Positions 1 through 9,774 of a stretch of 64,000 bases of DNA are shown here, piece after piece (positions within the stretch are counted from its first letter, which is position 1; each line of letters begins with the position of its first letter). Both the position numbers and the translations under genes were made by a program. This stretch comes from an uncultured cyanobacterium (GTDB lineage Bacteria; Cyanobacteriota; Cyanobacteriia; Phormidesmidales; Phormidesmidaceae), in contig CAWBZI010000001.1 in the NCBI GenBank assembly GCA_963793265.1, positions 1,408,001 to 1,472,000 on the forward strand. Direction: 5' to 3'. The notes beneath the pieces were generated by a model. That model was not told where the DNA came from. It did no database searches and worked only from the letters and a program-made list of their open reading frames with translations.

Positions 1-423
1 GCGCTGCTTGACTTTTATCTTAAGCTGATTGACGATAGCAAAGTTAAATTGCTTTTCTTCCATTCGCATTCGCAAATAGTCGAGGTTAAAGTCGCGCGAA
101 TGCACCAAATCTGGATTGCGCTCCATGGTAGTAATGGTGCTTAAAGCTAGCTTGACGCGCTTTTGCAGCTCCTTATTTTTGTAGCTTTCAAACTTGAGCT
201 GCTTTTGGAGCTTGCGCGTTTGTATTGCTGAAAAAGTGCCTAGTCCAACGAGGGCAATAGTAAGTCCGCCTGAGGCAAACATCCACAGGCTTGTAGGGGC
301 AGGCGGCGCTTCGACCTGTGCCTGAATTTGCGCTCCGGTCTGCGCTTGGGCTAGTAAGGCAGAAGCGGCAGAATCTGTAAAAAATTCGGTTGCCTGAAGG
401 GGAAGCGATCGATCGATAGACAT
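1..423 (-). CDS. Hypothetical membrane-anchored protein, 5' part (runs off window start)
   Basis: Open frame from ATG at 423 to position 1 (MSIDRSLPLQ...WMFASGGLTIALVGLGTF...MERNPDLVHSRDFNLDYLRMRMEE); one hydrophobic segment followed by a coiled-coil-like region; absent from the ORF track because no stop is in the window. Confidence 0.7.
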   Translation of the reverse strand, partial: MSIDRSLPLQATEFFTDSAASALLAQAQTGAQIQAQVEAPPAPTSLWMFASGGLTIALVGLGTFSAIQTRKLQKQLKFESYKNKELQKRVKLALSTITTMERNPDLVHSRDFNLDYLRMRMEEKQFNFAIVNQLKIKVKQR

Positions 424-543
424 ACGGCTATGGGCTGCTGATCGTTCATAGGATGCCCATTGGAGCTGAAAGAATTTATAAATGTTGATGCTTTCAATCC
501 TGCCGTTTTCCACCATTCAAGACTCAACTATTTAAGTGATGCT

Positions 544-1323
544 ATGACACCGATCGCTCTACCCTCACCCCTTTGCGCCGCGCCGCTCTCAGATGTTCGC
601 CTCGTCGCGACCGATATGGACGGAACGCTGACAACAGCAGGACAGTTTTCACCGATGCTGCTGACGGCCTTTGAGCGACTGGGCAAGGCGAATATTGAGG
701 TGATGATTGTGACTGGGCGTTCGGCTGGCTGGGTGAGCGGACTGGTGCACTATCTGCCGGTGGTGGGCGCGATCGCTGAAAACGGTGGCCTCTACATCAG
801 CAAGCAAACCGCAGAGCCTGTGATTTTGCCAGATATCCCGCGCATGAGTACGCATCGCGATCGCCTCTCCCACCTCTTCACCAAGCTCAAAGGCCGCTAC
901 CCTAACCTGCGCCCGGCCACCGACAATCTCTTCCGCATCACCGACTGGACGTTTGACATTGCCGGACTTACGGGCGAGGACATTGCCTGGCTACAGAAAA
1001 CCGCCTGCGCCGAGCCGACCATGGGCTTTACCTACAGCAACGTGCAGTGCCACCTCAAAATCGAGCGCCAAAACAAAGCAGCGGGCCTAAGTAAGGTGCT
1101 TCAGCAGCATTTTCCACAGCTCACCAAATCGCAGGTATTGACCATTGGCGATAGTCCCAACGACGAAAGCCTGTTCGACAGCCAACAGTTTCCTCACTCG
1201 GTAGGGGTTGCAAACGTGGCGCACTATTTACCAGCATTGGCCCATCAGCCTGCCTATATCACCGAAGCTGATGAGGGGGCGGGGTTTGTAGAGATTGTTG
1301 ATTGCCTAGTCGCTAAATCGTAA
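544..1323 (+). CDS. HAD-superfamily hydrolase, subclass IIB (Cof-like)
   Basis: Motif I DMDGT, motif II VTGR, motif III NK, motif IV GDSPND; ATG at 544 preferred over TTG at 460. Confidence 0.88.
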   Translation: MTPIALPSPLCAAPLSDVRLVATDMDGTLTTAGQFSPMLLTAFERLGKANIEVMIVTGRSAGWVSGLVHYLPVVGAIAENGGLYISKQTAEPVILPDIPRMSTHRDRLSHLFTKLKGRYPNLRPATDNLFRITDWTFDIAGLTGEDIAWLQKTACAEPTMGFTYSNVQCHLKIERQNKAAGLSKVLQQHFPQLTKSQVLTIGDSPNDESLFDSQQFPHSVGVANVAHYLPALAHQPAYITEADEGAGFVEIVDCLVAKS

Positions 1324-1342
1324 ATAGAGATTGAACAAGCGT

Positions 1343-2872
1343 TTAGATGATGCAGCCGCCCGCTTGATTTTTCCAGTCATTAATTAAAGAGGTGAGCCAG
1401 CGCACGTCTCGGCGGCTCATAGCCCCATCTGCTAAAGAGAGCTTGTAGCAGTCGCGGGGCTTGTGCGTCCGGTTGTGGTGCGTCAAGATTCGCAGGGATT
1501 CTTCGCCAGGTAGGGTACTGATGCTGTAGATGTCGGCGCGCTTGGTGTTGACAACGTAAACAGGCGATCGCCCCCAGTACTTATAGGCAATCAGCAGCAC
1601 GTCTGTCTCTAGCTGAATCTGCACTTCTCTGAGCAAGAACGTATTAAGCAGCCTAAGTCCGTTGCTGATAAAGCGGACGCCATAAAAGCAGCTCACAATC
1701 GCGAGGCTAGCGGCTGAGGCTGAGGCAACTAGGCTGAACAATCCACCCGCGCTGGTGAGCATAGCAGGCGAAAAGTGCAGCAGGCTGAGCAGGTGCATGG
1801 CCACGCCGATAAGCGCACCGCCCATCAGTAGGGGGGGAATAGCTCGCTTTGCCTGCTTGCTTTTGATGCCTACAGGCGGAACGATTAGCTCTAGCGATCG
1901 CAGTTTCTTCACCGATCTAATTCGCGTAAAGAAGGGCTGATACTTGTCTTGATTGCCCGAGACGATGGGCACGGGCAGCATTTGCACCTGGGTTGGCTGC
2001 AATATGCGCCGCTTGAGCATAGAGAGAGGGAGGGAGTTAAGTGATCGCAGCGCCTGCTTGGCCGAGTTGGGGCGATCGCCAACATAGGGTTCAACCAGCC
2101 AGTTAATCCACTGCTGAAAGCTCGGGCTGAGCTTAGCGGGCGAACAGGCAAACTTCATTCGCATCCCGCCGCTATTAGGCCGGTGTGGCAAATCGCCTAA
2201 ATGACGGCCAGTCGCCAGGTAGATTAGAGTTGCGCCTAAGCTGTAAAGATCAGAGGCAAAGGTGGCCTGTCCGCCGACCTGCTCGGGTGGCATGTAGCCA
2301 TAGGTGCCAACTAATGCATCGTTGCGCTGGGCCTGAACGTATTGAACAGTGCCTAGATTAAGCCAGGAAACCTGTTTGATCCCGATGATGGGGCCTGCGA
2401 TCGCTACGTTATCAGGCTTAATATCTCTATGCACCAACCCCTTGCTATGCAGGTACACCAGCCCTTTTAGTAGCTGTTTAGCAATGTCTTTTATCTCAGC
2501 TTCGCTATAGGTTTTACTAGCGGCGATCTGCTGAGCAAGCGTCTGCCCTTCGTGGTGACTTTGCACCAGTATCAGCCCCTTACTGCGACCTTTGCCTTCT
2601 TGTGTCGTATCGACAGTAAAAGAGTCTATGTAGCGAGGGATCGTGGGGTGATTGAGAGATTCGAGCAGTTGAATTTCGCGCTCAAAGCAGCAGATATCGC
2701 CAGTCGGCGTATTTTCTTCGACAGTCAGCGATTTAATCACAACAGACTGCTGGTGCTGGATGTCTTTTGCAAGCATTTGCTGATAGCCAAAGGGTTGACC
2801 GATGGGCCGACCAATTGCATAGCGATCGCTCAATCGCTCAAGGACAGTAGACGGAGGAGAAAAAGTAGCCAT
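1343..2872 (-). CDS. Hanks-type Ser/Thr kinase-like membrane protein (degenerate DFG)
   Basis: VVIK, FEREI, HRDIKPDN, GTYGYMPPEQ, SDLYSLG; C-terminal hydrophobic segments; the DFG position reads NLG. Confidence 0.85.
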   Translation of the reverse strand: MATFSPPSTVLERLSDRYAIGRPIGQPFGYQQMLAKDIQHQQSVVIKSLTVEENTPTGDICCFEREIQLLESLNHPTIPRYIDSFTVDTTQEGKGRSKGLILVQSHHEGQTLAQQIAASKTYSEAEIKDIAKQLLKGLVYLHSKGLVHRDIKPDNVAIAGPIIGIKQVSWLNLGTVQYVQAQRNDALVGTYGYMPPEQVGGQATFASDLYSLGATLIYLATGRHLGDLPHRPNSGGMRMKFACSPAKLSPSFQQWINWLVEPYVGDRPNSAKQALRSLNSLPLSMLKRRILQPTQVQMLPVPIVSGNQDKYQPFFTRIRSVKKLRSLELIVPPVGIKSKQAKRAIPPLLMGGALIGVAMHLLSLLHFSPAMLTSAGGLFSLVASASAASLAIVSCFYGVRFISNGLRLLNTFLLREVQIQLETDVLLIAYKYWGRSPVYVVNTKRADIYSISTLPGEESLRILTHHNRTHKPRDCYKLSLADGAMSRRDVRWLTSLINDWKNQAGGCII

Positions 2873-2900
2873 GCTCGCAGCTAATAAAAAACGTGAACAA

Positions 2901-2909
2901 AGTATTCCC
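2901..2909 (-). promoter_or_regulatory. Candidate SigJ/SigF-type extended -10 (J-box GGGAATACT)
   Basis: Exact GGGAATACT on the minus strand about 30 nt upstream of the kinase ATG. Confidence 0.45.
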
Positions 2910-3261
2910 TATGATTTTTTGATACGTCTAAGAGAATCAGATTAAATTCACGCAGACGCCTTGACAAAAGCTCGTAAAGGCTTTTGCTGATCTAGGTATA
3001 AATCGCTCAAAGAATATGGATGCCGCAAGGCGGCCTAGTCACAATATCAAGTTATCTCTCACTCTCACAAGAAAGTTTGCGATCCTCTGATAGCAAAGCT
3101 TGTAAGGTTTATATAAAACTCTCTAAGTAATCTTCTGTAGTCGATAAATGAGAGCATTCATTGCGTTTTAAGAGAATGCGAGAAGTTACGGATATTGATT
3201 ATGAAAACGTGTTCAATTAGCACCGCGAAGCTACTGACTTAGCCTTTGCTCTGCTGCCAAT

Positions 3262-4257
3262 TTATCGACTAATTTTTGCAGTAGCCTTATCGATAAATCT
3301 CTTTAACGTAAGGTACATAATTCGCTGACGGGTGAGCTGAGGAATGTCGCTTTCTAACTGGCTTTGGGTGTCAAAAAAGTCGTTGATATCTCTTAAGATA
3401 ATCTCTAACCTTGGAACCAGTTGTTCAAGGCGGTAGGGTGAAAAGAACTCGGATGGTAGCGATCGCCTACTCGGCCAGTTGCTTGTAGCATCCAGAATAC
3501 GCTTAACGTCGTACTCGGTGGCATAGGCCGAAATCTTCTGACAGTTGAACCCTGGATCGAGGTAGTCAGCAAGCGCATGGTTCACGCTCGAAAATACTTC
3601 GCAGCCGCAGGCCATTGCCTCCATCGGCGGCAGCCCAAACCCTTCTGTCAGGCCATAGCGCCCCCAGTATTCCGCAGAGTCGTACAGATAGACTTTGGCA
3701 CGGTTGAATAACCCGATCAGATCTTCTACGTAGCTATCTAGCACAACCACGTTGCACTGCTTTTCAAGCGCTGGGACGAGCTGTCTTAAAAGATATTCAG
3801 ACGACTTGCGCGCCTGTACGAGTACGTCAATATCTCGGGAAAGCTGGCGATTCTCAAAGGCGGGAGAAATTTCGTTGGGCAGATGATAGATCAGTGAGCT
3901 AAGCGCTTTTTCGCCCCAGTAGCTCATGGTGTTGCGGCTGACGGTGAGGATGGGAATGCGGGCGGGCAGCGAGAAGCCGTAGCCGGTGCTGTGGGCGTGG
4001 TAAAGGGTGGGGCGATCGCCTAATCGCTTAATCAGCTTCGGTACATCAAATCCCCAGCTCACCACAAAAATGCACCCGTCAGACGGCTGCTTAAGCACAT
4101 CATCTAAAAACAGCGTGTCTTTTTCCTTTTGCCGGTAGGTCACCACTTCAGCCTCGCAAATCTGCTGGGCCAGCCGGAGCGTATTGAGTTCGGCGGTAAG
4201 CCCTCCGGCAAAGAACTTTTTAGTGGTTCCGGGTAGCAGAAATAGCAGCTTTCTCAT
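3262..4257 (-). CDS. Glycosyltransferase, GT-B fold (GT4/Glycos_transf_1-like)
   Basis: EGFGLPPMEAMACG nucleotide-sugar motif; ATG at 4257 (MRKLLFLLPG) is the likely start. Confidence 0.85.
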   Translation of the reverse strand: MRKLLFLLPGTTKKFFAGGLTAELNTLRLAQQICEAEVVTYRQKEKDTLFLDDVLKQPSDGCIFVVSWGFDVPKLIKRLGDRPTLYHAHSTGYGFSLPARIPILTVSRNTMSYWGEKALSSLIYHLPNEISPAFENRQLSRDIDVLVQARKSSEYLLRQLVPALEKQCNVVVLDSYVEDLIGLFNRAKVYLYDSAEYWGRYGLTEGFGLPPMEAMACGCEVFSSVNHALADYLDPGFNCQKISAYATEYDVKRILDATSNWPSRRSLPSEFFSPYRLEQLVPRLEIILRDINDFFDTQSQLESDIPQLTRQRIMYLTLKRFIDKATAKISR

Positions 4258-5242
4258 CAGACTCTTGCGATTCAAACGGTGCACTCTCAACACCATACCG
4301 CTGTGCGCCCTCTGAATCGCGGCAGGGCTGAGTATATAAATGCTTGAACGTGTCTAAAAAGGCGTAGGTTGCTGGGGTTAGCAGCGTGTTGCGTAGCCAG
4401 CTAAGGCCCAGCGGGCGGGTGATGCTAAAAGGAAGCCGGGCGACTCGAACTTTCGAGGGGATAGGCTGAGCAGAAAGCCTGGGCATAAGCGCAATGCCGA
4501 GCCCTTGGCGGGTCATGCTTACTGAGGTGGAGTCGTTGGCGATAAGATAGTCCACTTCAATCGGTGGGTGAGCTGCGCGTAGGTGATCGCGAATTTCTTT
4601 ACAGCAGTCGCTAGATGAAGTGATCAAGGGATGCTTGTGCAAGTCGTCCCAGGTAATTTGAGCTTGGATGTCTGGACGGTTGGGTGGGACGAGGGCGATA
4701 AAAGGATCGTCCATGATTTTGAATGATTCAAATTCGCTACCTCTGATCAGTTCGGCCATGCTTAAGTCGGCTTTGCCTTCGATGAGGGCGTTGGCAAGTG
4801 ACTGGGTGTTTTCAAATTCGATGATGGTGATTTGGACGGTGGGGTGGTGGCTGTGGAGGTGAGCGATCGCGCCCGGCAATATCTCACTCGCCAAACTCCG
4901 AAACGCCGCAATCCGCACCAGCCCGCCCTCAATTCCTCTGGCCCTAGCCGCCGACTGGCCCATATCATCTACCAGGCTCAAAACCTGCCGTGCCTGCTCA
5001 AAAATAGAGGAGCCTACCGGCGTGAGTGAGGCCCGCTGCCTACCGCGATGAATCAGCTCCACGCCCAGCGCGTCCTCAAGCGCGGCAATGCTGTGGCTCA
5101 CCGTAGACTGACTCACGTTTAGCGCTAGCGCTGCTTCGCTAAAGCTGCCGGTTGCCGCCACGCTCATCAGCGCCCTCATCTGAGAGAGCTTAACTTTATC
5201 GCTGAGGCTCTTTGCAGGTTTTCCAGACATAGGTCTACTCAA
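4220..5242 (-). CDS. LysR-family transcriptional regulator
   Basis: N-terminal HTH (GSFSEAALALNVSQSTVSHSIAALEDALG...LTPVG) plus a substrate-binding domain. Confidence 0.95.
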   Translation of the reverse strand: MSRPMSGKPAKSLSDKVKLSQMRALMSVAATGSFSEAALALNVSQSTVSHSIAALEDALGVELIHRGRQRASLTPVGSSIFEQARQVLSLVDDMGQSAARARGIEGGLVRIAAFRSLASEILPGAIAHLHSHHPTVQITIIEFENTQSLANALIEGKADLSMAELIRGSEFESFKIMDDPFIALVPPNRPDIQAQITWDDLHKHPLITSSSDCCKEIRDHLRAAHPPIEVDYLIANDSTSVSMTRQGLGIALMPRLSAQPIPSKVRVARLPFSITRPLGLSWLRNTLLTPATYAFLDTFKHLYTQPCRDSEGAQRYGVESAPFESQESDEKAAISATRNH

Positions 5243-5286
5243 CTGGGCTATTCAAAGGCTATCTTTTTTTACGATCTTCAGCGCAT

Positions 5287-5301
5287 CTATCTTTTGCATA
5301 G
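5287..5301. promoter_or_regulatory. LysR-type T-N11-A dyad (CTAT-N7-ATAG)
   Basis: Interrupted palindrome between the LysR gene and the divergent gene at 5503. Confidence 0.5.
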
Positions 5302-5502
5302 GCACCATTTATCCTATGCTTTGCCGCTTCCTATACGTTTTTATACAGTAGATACATCGAGAGAAAAAGCGATTGAAACGTTCTCTTTAACTACGCCTGA
5401 GAGCCATGCCTGAGCGCACCTTTCCTTTTCTCGAAGTCCTTAAATTGCGAAACGTCAGGTACGACTGCCTGAACAAAATATAACCAAACACAGAGGCTCA
5501 TA

Positions 5503-5829
5503 ATGAACAGCACCAACAGATTTTCCAATCAATACTTGCAGGCTTCCAACACGGCCATCCCTTCAATTGCCGACACTCAAGCGCGACTAGAGCAGCTACT
5601 AAAGTCTTCTCCATCGCTACCCCAATCAGGGCCTCGTACGCCCTGGTACCAGCGCTTAGGCCAGTGGCTCCTCGCGTCGTTAACCGACAACCAACAGGTG
5701 CGCGTTTGGACAAAAATCACCCCAAATGGCACCCAATGGAATGCCTACGATCCCAACCTTCAGCGTAGCTTCTCGGCCTACTCAGAAGCCGACCTACGCA
5801 CCTGGCTAGAGCAGCGTCACTATAGCTAG
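5503..5829 (+). CDS. Hypothetical protein, divergent from LysR
   Basis: 108-aa ORF with GAGG RBS; C-terminal W-x-AYDP...SE-x-DLR-x-WLEQRHY motif of a type seen in cyanobacterial hypotheticals. Confidence 0.75.
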   Translation: MNSTNRFSNQYLQASNTAIPSIADTQARLEQLLKSSPSLPQSGPRTPWYQRLGQWLLASLTDNQQVRVWTKITPNGTQWNAYDPNLQRSFSAYSEADLRTWLEQRHYS

Positions 5830-5925
5830 TTAATAGCAGCTCTTTACCCATAGTTTGTAACGCTACATGAGACTAGGGCTGACGTTCGCCATAATAGGCG
5901 TAAAGCAAGCGAACGGTATAACCAC

Positions 5926-6369
5926 ATGTCTCCAACAGCTAACAAATCTATGGGTAAAGTTCTTACGCCGCTGACTATAACTAACAGAGCCGATCAGGTT
6001 TTGGCTTCACGAGGCGTCATTCCTGACGATCAAGTGCGCTCAATCTTGATAGAAGACGTTTTAGTAGACACAGGGGCCACGACGCTTTGCCTTCCCTCAG
6101 CCCTGATTGCAGAGTTAGGATTAGAGCTACTTAAAGAGGTCGATGTCTTAACGGCAAATGGCATTAGCAAAGCGCGCGTTTTTCAAGATGCGAAGCTAAC
6201 GCTGTGCGGACGTGAAGGTACCTTTGAGTGCTTGGAGTTGCCGGGCGGTAGCAATGCTCTGATTGGTGTTATTCCCCTGGAATCATTAGGGCTAGAGCCT
6301 GATTTGAAAAATCAAAAGCTTAAAGTACTGCCGTCTGAGTCAGCAGATACCTATCTGACCATTCTATAG
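5926..6369 (+). CDS. Clan AA aspartic protease (retropepsin-like, AF_0612 type)
   Basis: LVDTGAT catalytic motif; ALIGVIPLESLGL C-terminal motif. Confidence 0.85.
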   Translation: MSPTANKSMGKVLTPLTITNRADQVLASRGVIPDDQVRSILIEDVLVDTGATTLCLPSALIAELGLELLKEVDVLTANGISKARVFQDAKLTLCGREGTFECLELPGGSNALIGVIPLESLGLEPDLKNQKLKVLPSESADTYLTIL

Positions 6370-6453
6370 GTCGCGCTCAGGTCATCGTAAGCCAGGCGCT
6401 TTCCAATAAAGGACTATGATAGTTACTGATTAGCGCAGCAAAGGAGCTTTACT

Positions 6454-6627
6454 ATGTTCGGCTTGGGCATCCCTGAAATTGTCATCATTGGCGTTGTAGC
6501 CGTTTTAGTCTTCGGCCCTAAGCGAATTCCTGAGCTAGGTGGTGCGCTTGGCAAAACTCTGCGCGGCTTTAAAGAAGAACTTGATAAGCCTGATGAAGAG
6601 GATGAATATTTTGACGAAGAAAAATAG
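6454..6627 (+). CDS. tatA: Twin-arginine translocase subunit TatA/TatE
   Basis: 57-aa ORF below the track cutoff: MFGLGIPEIVIIGVVAVLVFGPKRIPELGGALGKTLRGFKEE...; AAGGAG RBS. Confidence 0.93.
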   Translation: MFGLGIPEIVIIGVVAVLVFGPKRIPELGGALGKTLRGFKEELDKPDEEDEYFDEEK

Positions 6628-6672
6628 GCTTTTATACCTAGCTCGGTTTCTATAGATGAAAGCCGCTAGTGG

Positions 6673-7161
6673 TTATAGTTCACCAACGACTCGTAAAATC
6701 TTCTGATATAGCGGCTCAGCGATCCAGAAGCCAACAGGACTTCGCAACGTATCTAAGAGCGGTCGAATAGCTGTGATCAGGCCGCGATCTTTTGCTTCAA
6801 CTAGAATGCCAATCACGCCAGTGAACTTCAAACCCTGCCCTTCAGCAACTATACGAGCGGCTCTATCGTCTATCAAAACTTGCTTTACACCTAGCTCTAG
6901 AGCTAGCGCGATCGCCTCACACTCCCCAATATGTACGCTCTCAGTTAGCAGACTCTCGACGACAGTACGATTAGCGACACTTTTAATCTGAATCCATTCA
7001 TACGTCTCTACTTCTACAGCACCCGCTTCTTTTGGTGGGCCAAGTAGCTCCCTATAAACGGCTTCAGGAATAACGACTGTTTCATATAGCTGCCTGAGCA
7101 ACAAAAGCTGTCCAATTGCTGCCAAATTGTTGATGGGCGAAGTATCACTAACAACAATCAC
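6673..7161 (-). CDS. PIN-fold toxin, DUF3368 family
   Basis: VVSDTSPI, IPEAVYREL, GECEAIALA, LIDDRAAR, TGVIGIL. Confidence 0.9.
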   Translation of the reverse strand: MIVVSDTSPINNLAAIGQLLLLRQLYETVVIPEAVYRELLGPPKEAGAVEVETYEWIQIKSVANRTVVESLLTESVHIGECEAIALALELGVKQVLIDDRAARIVAEGQGLKFTGVIGILVEAKDRGLITAIRPLLDTLRSPVGFWIAEPLYQKILRVVGEL

Positions 7162-7406
7162 AGCCTGCCTAGAGCCTTGAGATTTTCTATATCCTTATCG
7201 AAATCAGAAACGTCATAAATAGGAATATGACGGCTCCCTAGCAGGCGCTGAAACTCCATCCTGGTCATCTCTGCAAAGCTGCTTGCTTGAGATAACGTCA
7301 GCCGCTCTTGCTGAAACAGCAAAATAGCGATTTCCTGCTTTAGTTCACTTGCCGTCATCTGGGCCGAGACTAAAACCGAATCAGGAATTGTGATTGTTAG
7401 GCTCAT
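7158..7406 (-). CDS. UPF0175-family antitoxin
   Basis: ELKQEIAILLFQQERLTLSQAS...FQRLL; 4-nt overlap with the DUF3368 gene. Confidence 0.88.
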   Translation of the reverse strand: MSLTITIPDSVLVSAQMTASELKQEIAILLFQQERLTLSQASSFAEMTRMEFQRLLGSRHIPIYDVSDFDKDIENLKALGRL

Positions 7407-7486
7407 AGTTTTAGTGCTACAGAATCTTTCTTATTTTATCTTAGTAGCTCAGCGCAGGTACCACTTTATTCTTTCGACCGGATCAC

Positions 7487-8167
7487 TTATACAGCACGCC
7501 CAAGAGCGGATAAAACCATCTCAAACAACTCATTGGCATTGTTTGTGCATCCGAGAGCACCATGTCTGCGTGATTCTGCCACGTGTTCTGGTGCTCTCGA
7601 ACTCGCATAAATGATAAAAGGTGTTTTATTTCCTGTAATTCGAAGTTTATCAAGAAGTGTGTAACCCGCGCGAGTATCAGGCGGCCGTCCCATATCAGAA
7701 ATAATTACGTCAAAACGCCGACGAGATACCTGTCTTAGTGCTTCTTCTGTTGATGCTGCTATCACAAACGTAATACCCAAAGCTTCAAGCGCTTGTTGCT
7801 CATAGATATTGTTGTCAGGACGATCGTCTACCCACAAAACGATGGCTTTACTTACCTGCTTTATATTTTCAGGAGTTACCGCCTCTGCAACGACATATGC
7901 GGCAAGCTTTGCCTCCTGAACCGCATCTTCACGAGTCGCAGCTTTATTGGCTGCCGCAGCCAAAGCGGCAGTTGCCTCAGCCTGCCGCTTTTTTAGAGAA
8001 GCTTCGAACCCCGCACCTTTGAGCGTTAGTTCTCCCAGACTTGAGAGAAATTGACGGAGATCTTGTCCGAAACGGAGCAGAGTAAATACAATCACTCCGG
8101 GCCAGGTCAACACACTGAGTAATTGTGTGATTGCATCAATCAGCTTAACAAGATTGTCGATGCTCAA
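7487..8167 (-). CDS. Membrane-anchored orphan response-regulator receiver protein
   Basis: N-terminal TM (LSVLTWPGVIVFTLL); C-terminal REC domain (LWVDD, IISDMGR, FIIYAS). Confidence 0.8.
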   Translation of the reverse strand: MSIDNLVKLIDAITQLLSVLTWPGVIVFTLLRFGQDLRQFLSSLGELTLKGAGFEASLKKRQAEATAALAAAANKAATREDAVQEAKLAAYVVAEAVTPENIKQVSKAIVLWVDDRPDNNIYEQQALEALGITFVIAASTEEALRQVSRRRFDVIISDMGRPPDTRAGYTLLDKLRITGNKTPFIIYASSRAPEHVAESRRHGALGCTNNANELFEMVLSALGRAV

Positions 8168-8250
8168 GATCTAATTGTCCAATTCATATAACCTGACTTA
8201 CACCTTTTAACTGAGGCTACTAACTACAGCATTCCTAATATGTTAGATCT

Positions 8251-9555
8251 TTAAATGTCTAGACGCTGATACACCTTAGATAGGTTCCGCAGCTGATAGT
8301 CAGGGTTAAAGCACTCGTTGATTTCTTCAGGCGTAAGTTTCTCTTTTACCTGTGGATCGCTTTCGAGTAACTTCTGAAAGTTGCCGCCGGGGGTGTTCCA
8401 AGCTTGGTGAGCGTTGGTTTGCACAATGCGGTAGGCGTCTTCGCGGTTGATGCCTTTTTCCACAAGCGTGAGAAGGACGCGCTGAGAGAAGACTACGCCG
8501 CCGTAGAGATTCATGTTGCGCTTCATGTTTTCGGGGTATACCTGAAGCTTTTTGATTAGCTTGGTGGTTTCGACCAGCATGAAGTGGGTGAGGATGCAGC
8601 TATCGGGGAAGATAACGCGCTCTACGGAGCTGTGGGAAATGTCGCGTTCGTGCCAGAGGGCAACGTTTTCTAGGGCGGCGACGGCGTTTCCTCTGAGAAT
8701 GCGAGCCATGCCGGTAAGGCGTTCGGACTTGATGGGATTGCGCTTGTGGGGCATGGCCGATGAGCCCTTTTGGCCCTTGGCAAAGAATTCTTCAACTTCT
8801 AAGACATCGGTGCGCTGAAGATTGCGAATTTCGACGGCAAAGCGTTCTATCGATGCGCCGACGCCTGCAAGGGTCATGATGAATTCGGCGTGGACATCGC
8901 GGGAGATGACTTGAGTAGAGGCGGTGTCGGGCTTGAGGCCGAGGAGCTGGCAGGTGATTTCCTCGACTTCGGGGTCAATGTTGGCGTAGGTGCCGACTGC
9001 GCCGGAGATTTGGCCGACGGCGATTTCTTCGGAGATGCGGTTGAGGCGTTCGCGGTGGCGCTGCATTTCGGCCAGCCAGCCAGCCAGCTTAAAGCCGAAG
9101 GTCATGGGTTCGGCGTGGATGCCGTGCGACCTGCCGATCATGACCGTATCGCGATGCTCTTGGGCCTTATAGCGAATGGCCTGAATCAGATTTTCAACGT
9201 GCGTCAAAATGAGCTGATGGCTGGCGACAATCTGCAATGAGAGCGCCGTATCTAGTACGTCAGAGCTGGTCATGCCGACGTGGATGTAGCGGCCAGCATC
9301 CCCAACATACTCGTTAACGTTGGTCAAAAAAGCGATGACATCGTGGCGAACTTCGGCTTCGATTTCAAGAATGCGATCAACGTCGAACTTGGCCTTTTCC
9401 TTAATAGTCGCGACTGCTTCGGCTGGAATGCGACCGAGCTGGGCCTGCGCTTCACAGACGGCAATTTCTACCTGCAACCAGGTTTGAAACTTGTATTCGT
9501 CTGTCCAAAGTTCGCCCATCTCGGGCAAGGTATACCGTTCTATCAAGGGAATCAA
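8251..9555 (-). CDS. purB: Adenylosuccinate lyase
   Basis: GSSAMPHKRNP signature, RHDVIAF, GRSHGIHAEP. Confidence 0.98.
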   Translation of the reverse strand: MIPLIERYTLPEMGELWTDEYKFQTWLQVEIAVCEAQAQLGRIPAEAVATIKEKAKFDVDRILEIEAEVRHDVIAFLTNVNEYVGDAGRYIHVGMTSSDVLDTALSLQIVASHQLILTHVENLIQAIRYKAQEHRDTVMIGRSHGIHAEPMTFGFKLAGWLAEMQRHRERLNRISEEIAVGQISGAVGTYANIDPEVEEITCQLLGLKPDTASTQVISRDVHAEFIMTLAGVGASIERFAVEIRNLQRTDVLEVEEFFAKGQKGSSAMPHKRNPIKSERLTGMARILRGNAVAALENVALWHERDISHSSVERVIFPDSCILTHFMLVETTKLIKKLQVYPENMKRNMNLYGGVVFSQRVLLTLVEKGINREDAYRIVQTNAHQAWNTPGGNFQKLLESDPQVKEKLTPEEINECFNPDYQLRNLSKVYQRLDI

Positions 9556-9774
9556 CTGCCAAGAGCAACCGGATTATTTTATCGGGTATGTGCCCGGTAT
9601 AGGGTTCTGATTCCAAGACTTTTGCAATTTGTTGCTCAAATGTCTCAGCTTTGGTTGATAGATTTAGCGTTAGAATTCGGCGTTATTACGGGGTCTTAGG
9701 TATTTATACGGTTATTGAGGCGCGATCGCCCCTTGTAGGATGTTATGTCAGAAAATCGTTTGTGAAGGCATAGG

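Noticed and set aside
8552..9699. Several plus-strand ORFs antisense to purB (likewise within prfC, fusA, polA and groEL)
   Set aside because: Typical antisense shadow frames of codon-biased genes
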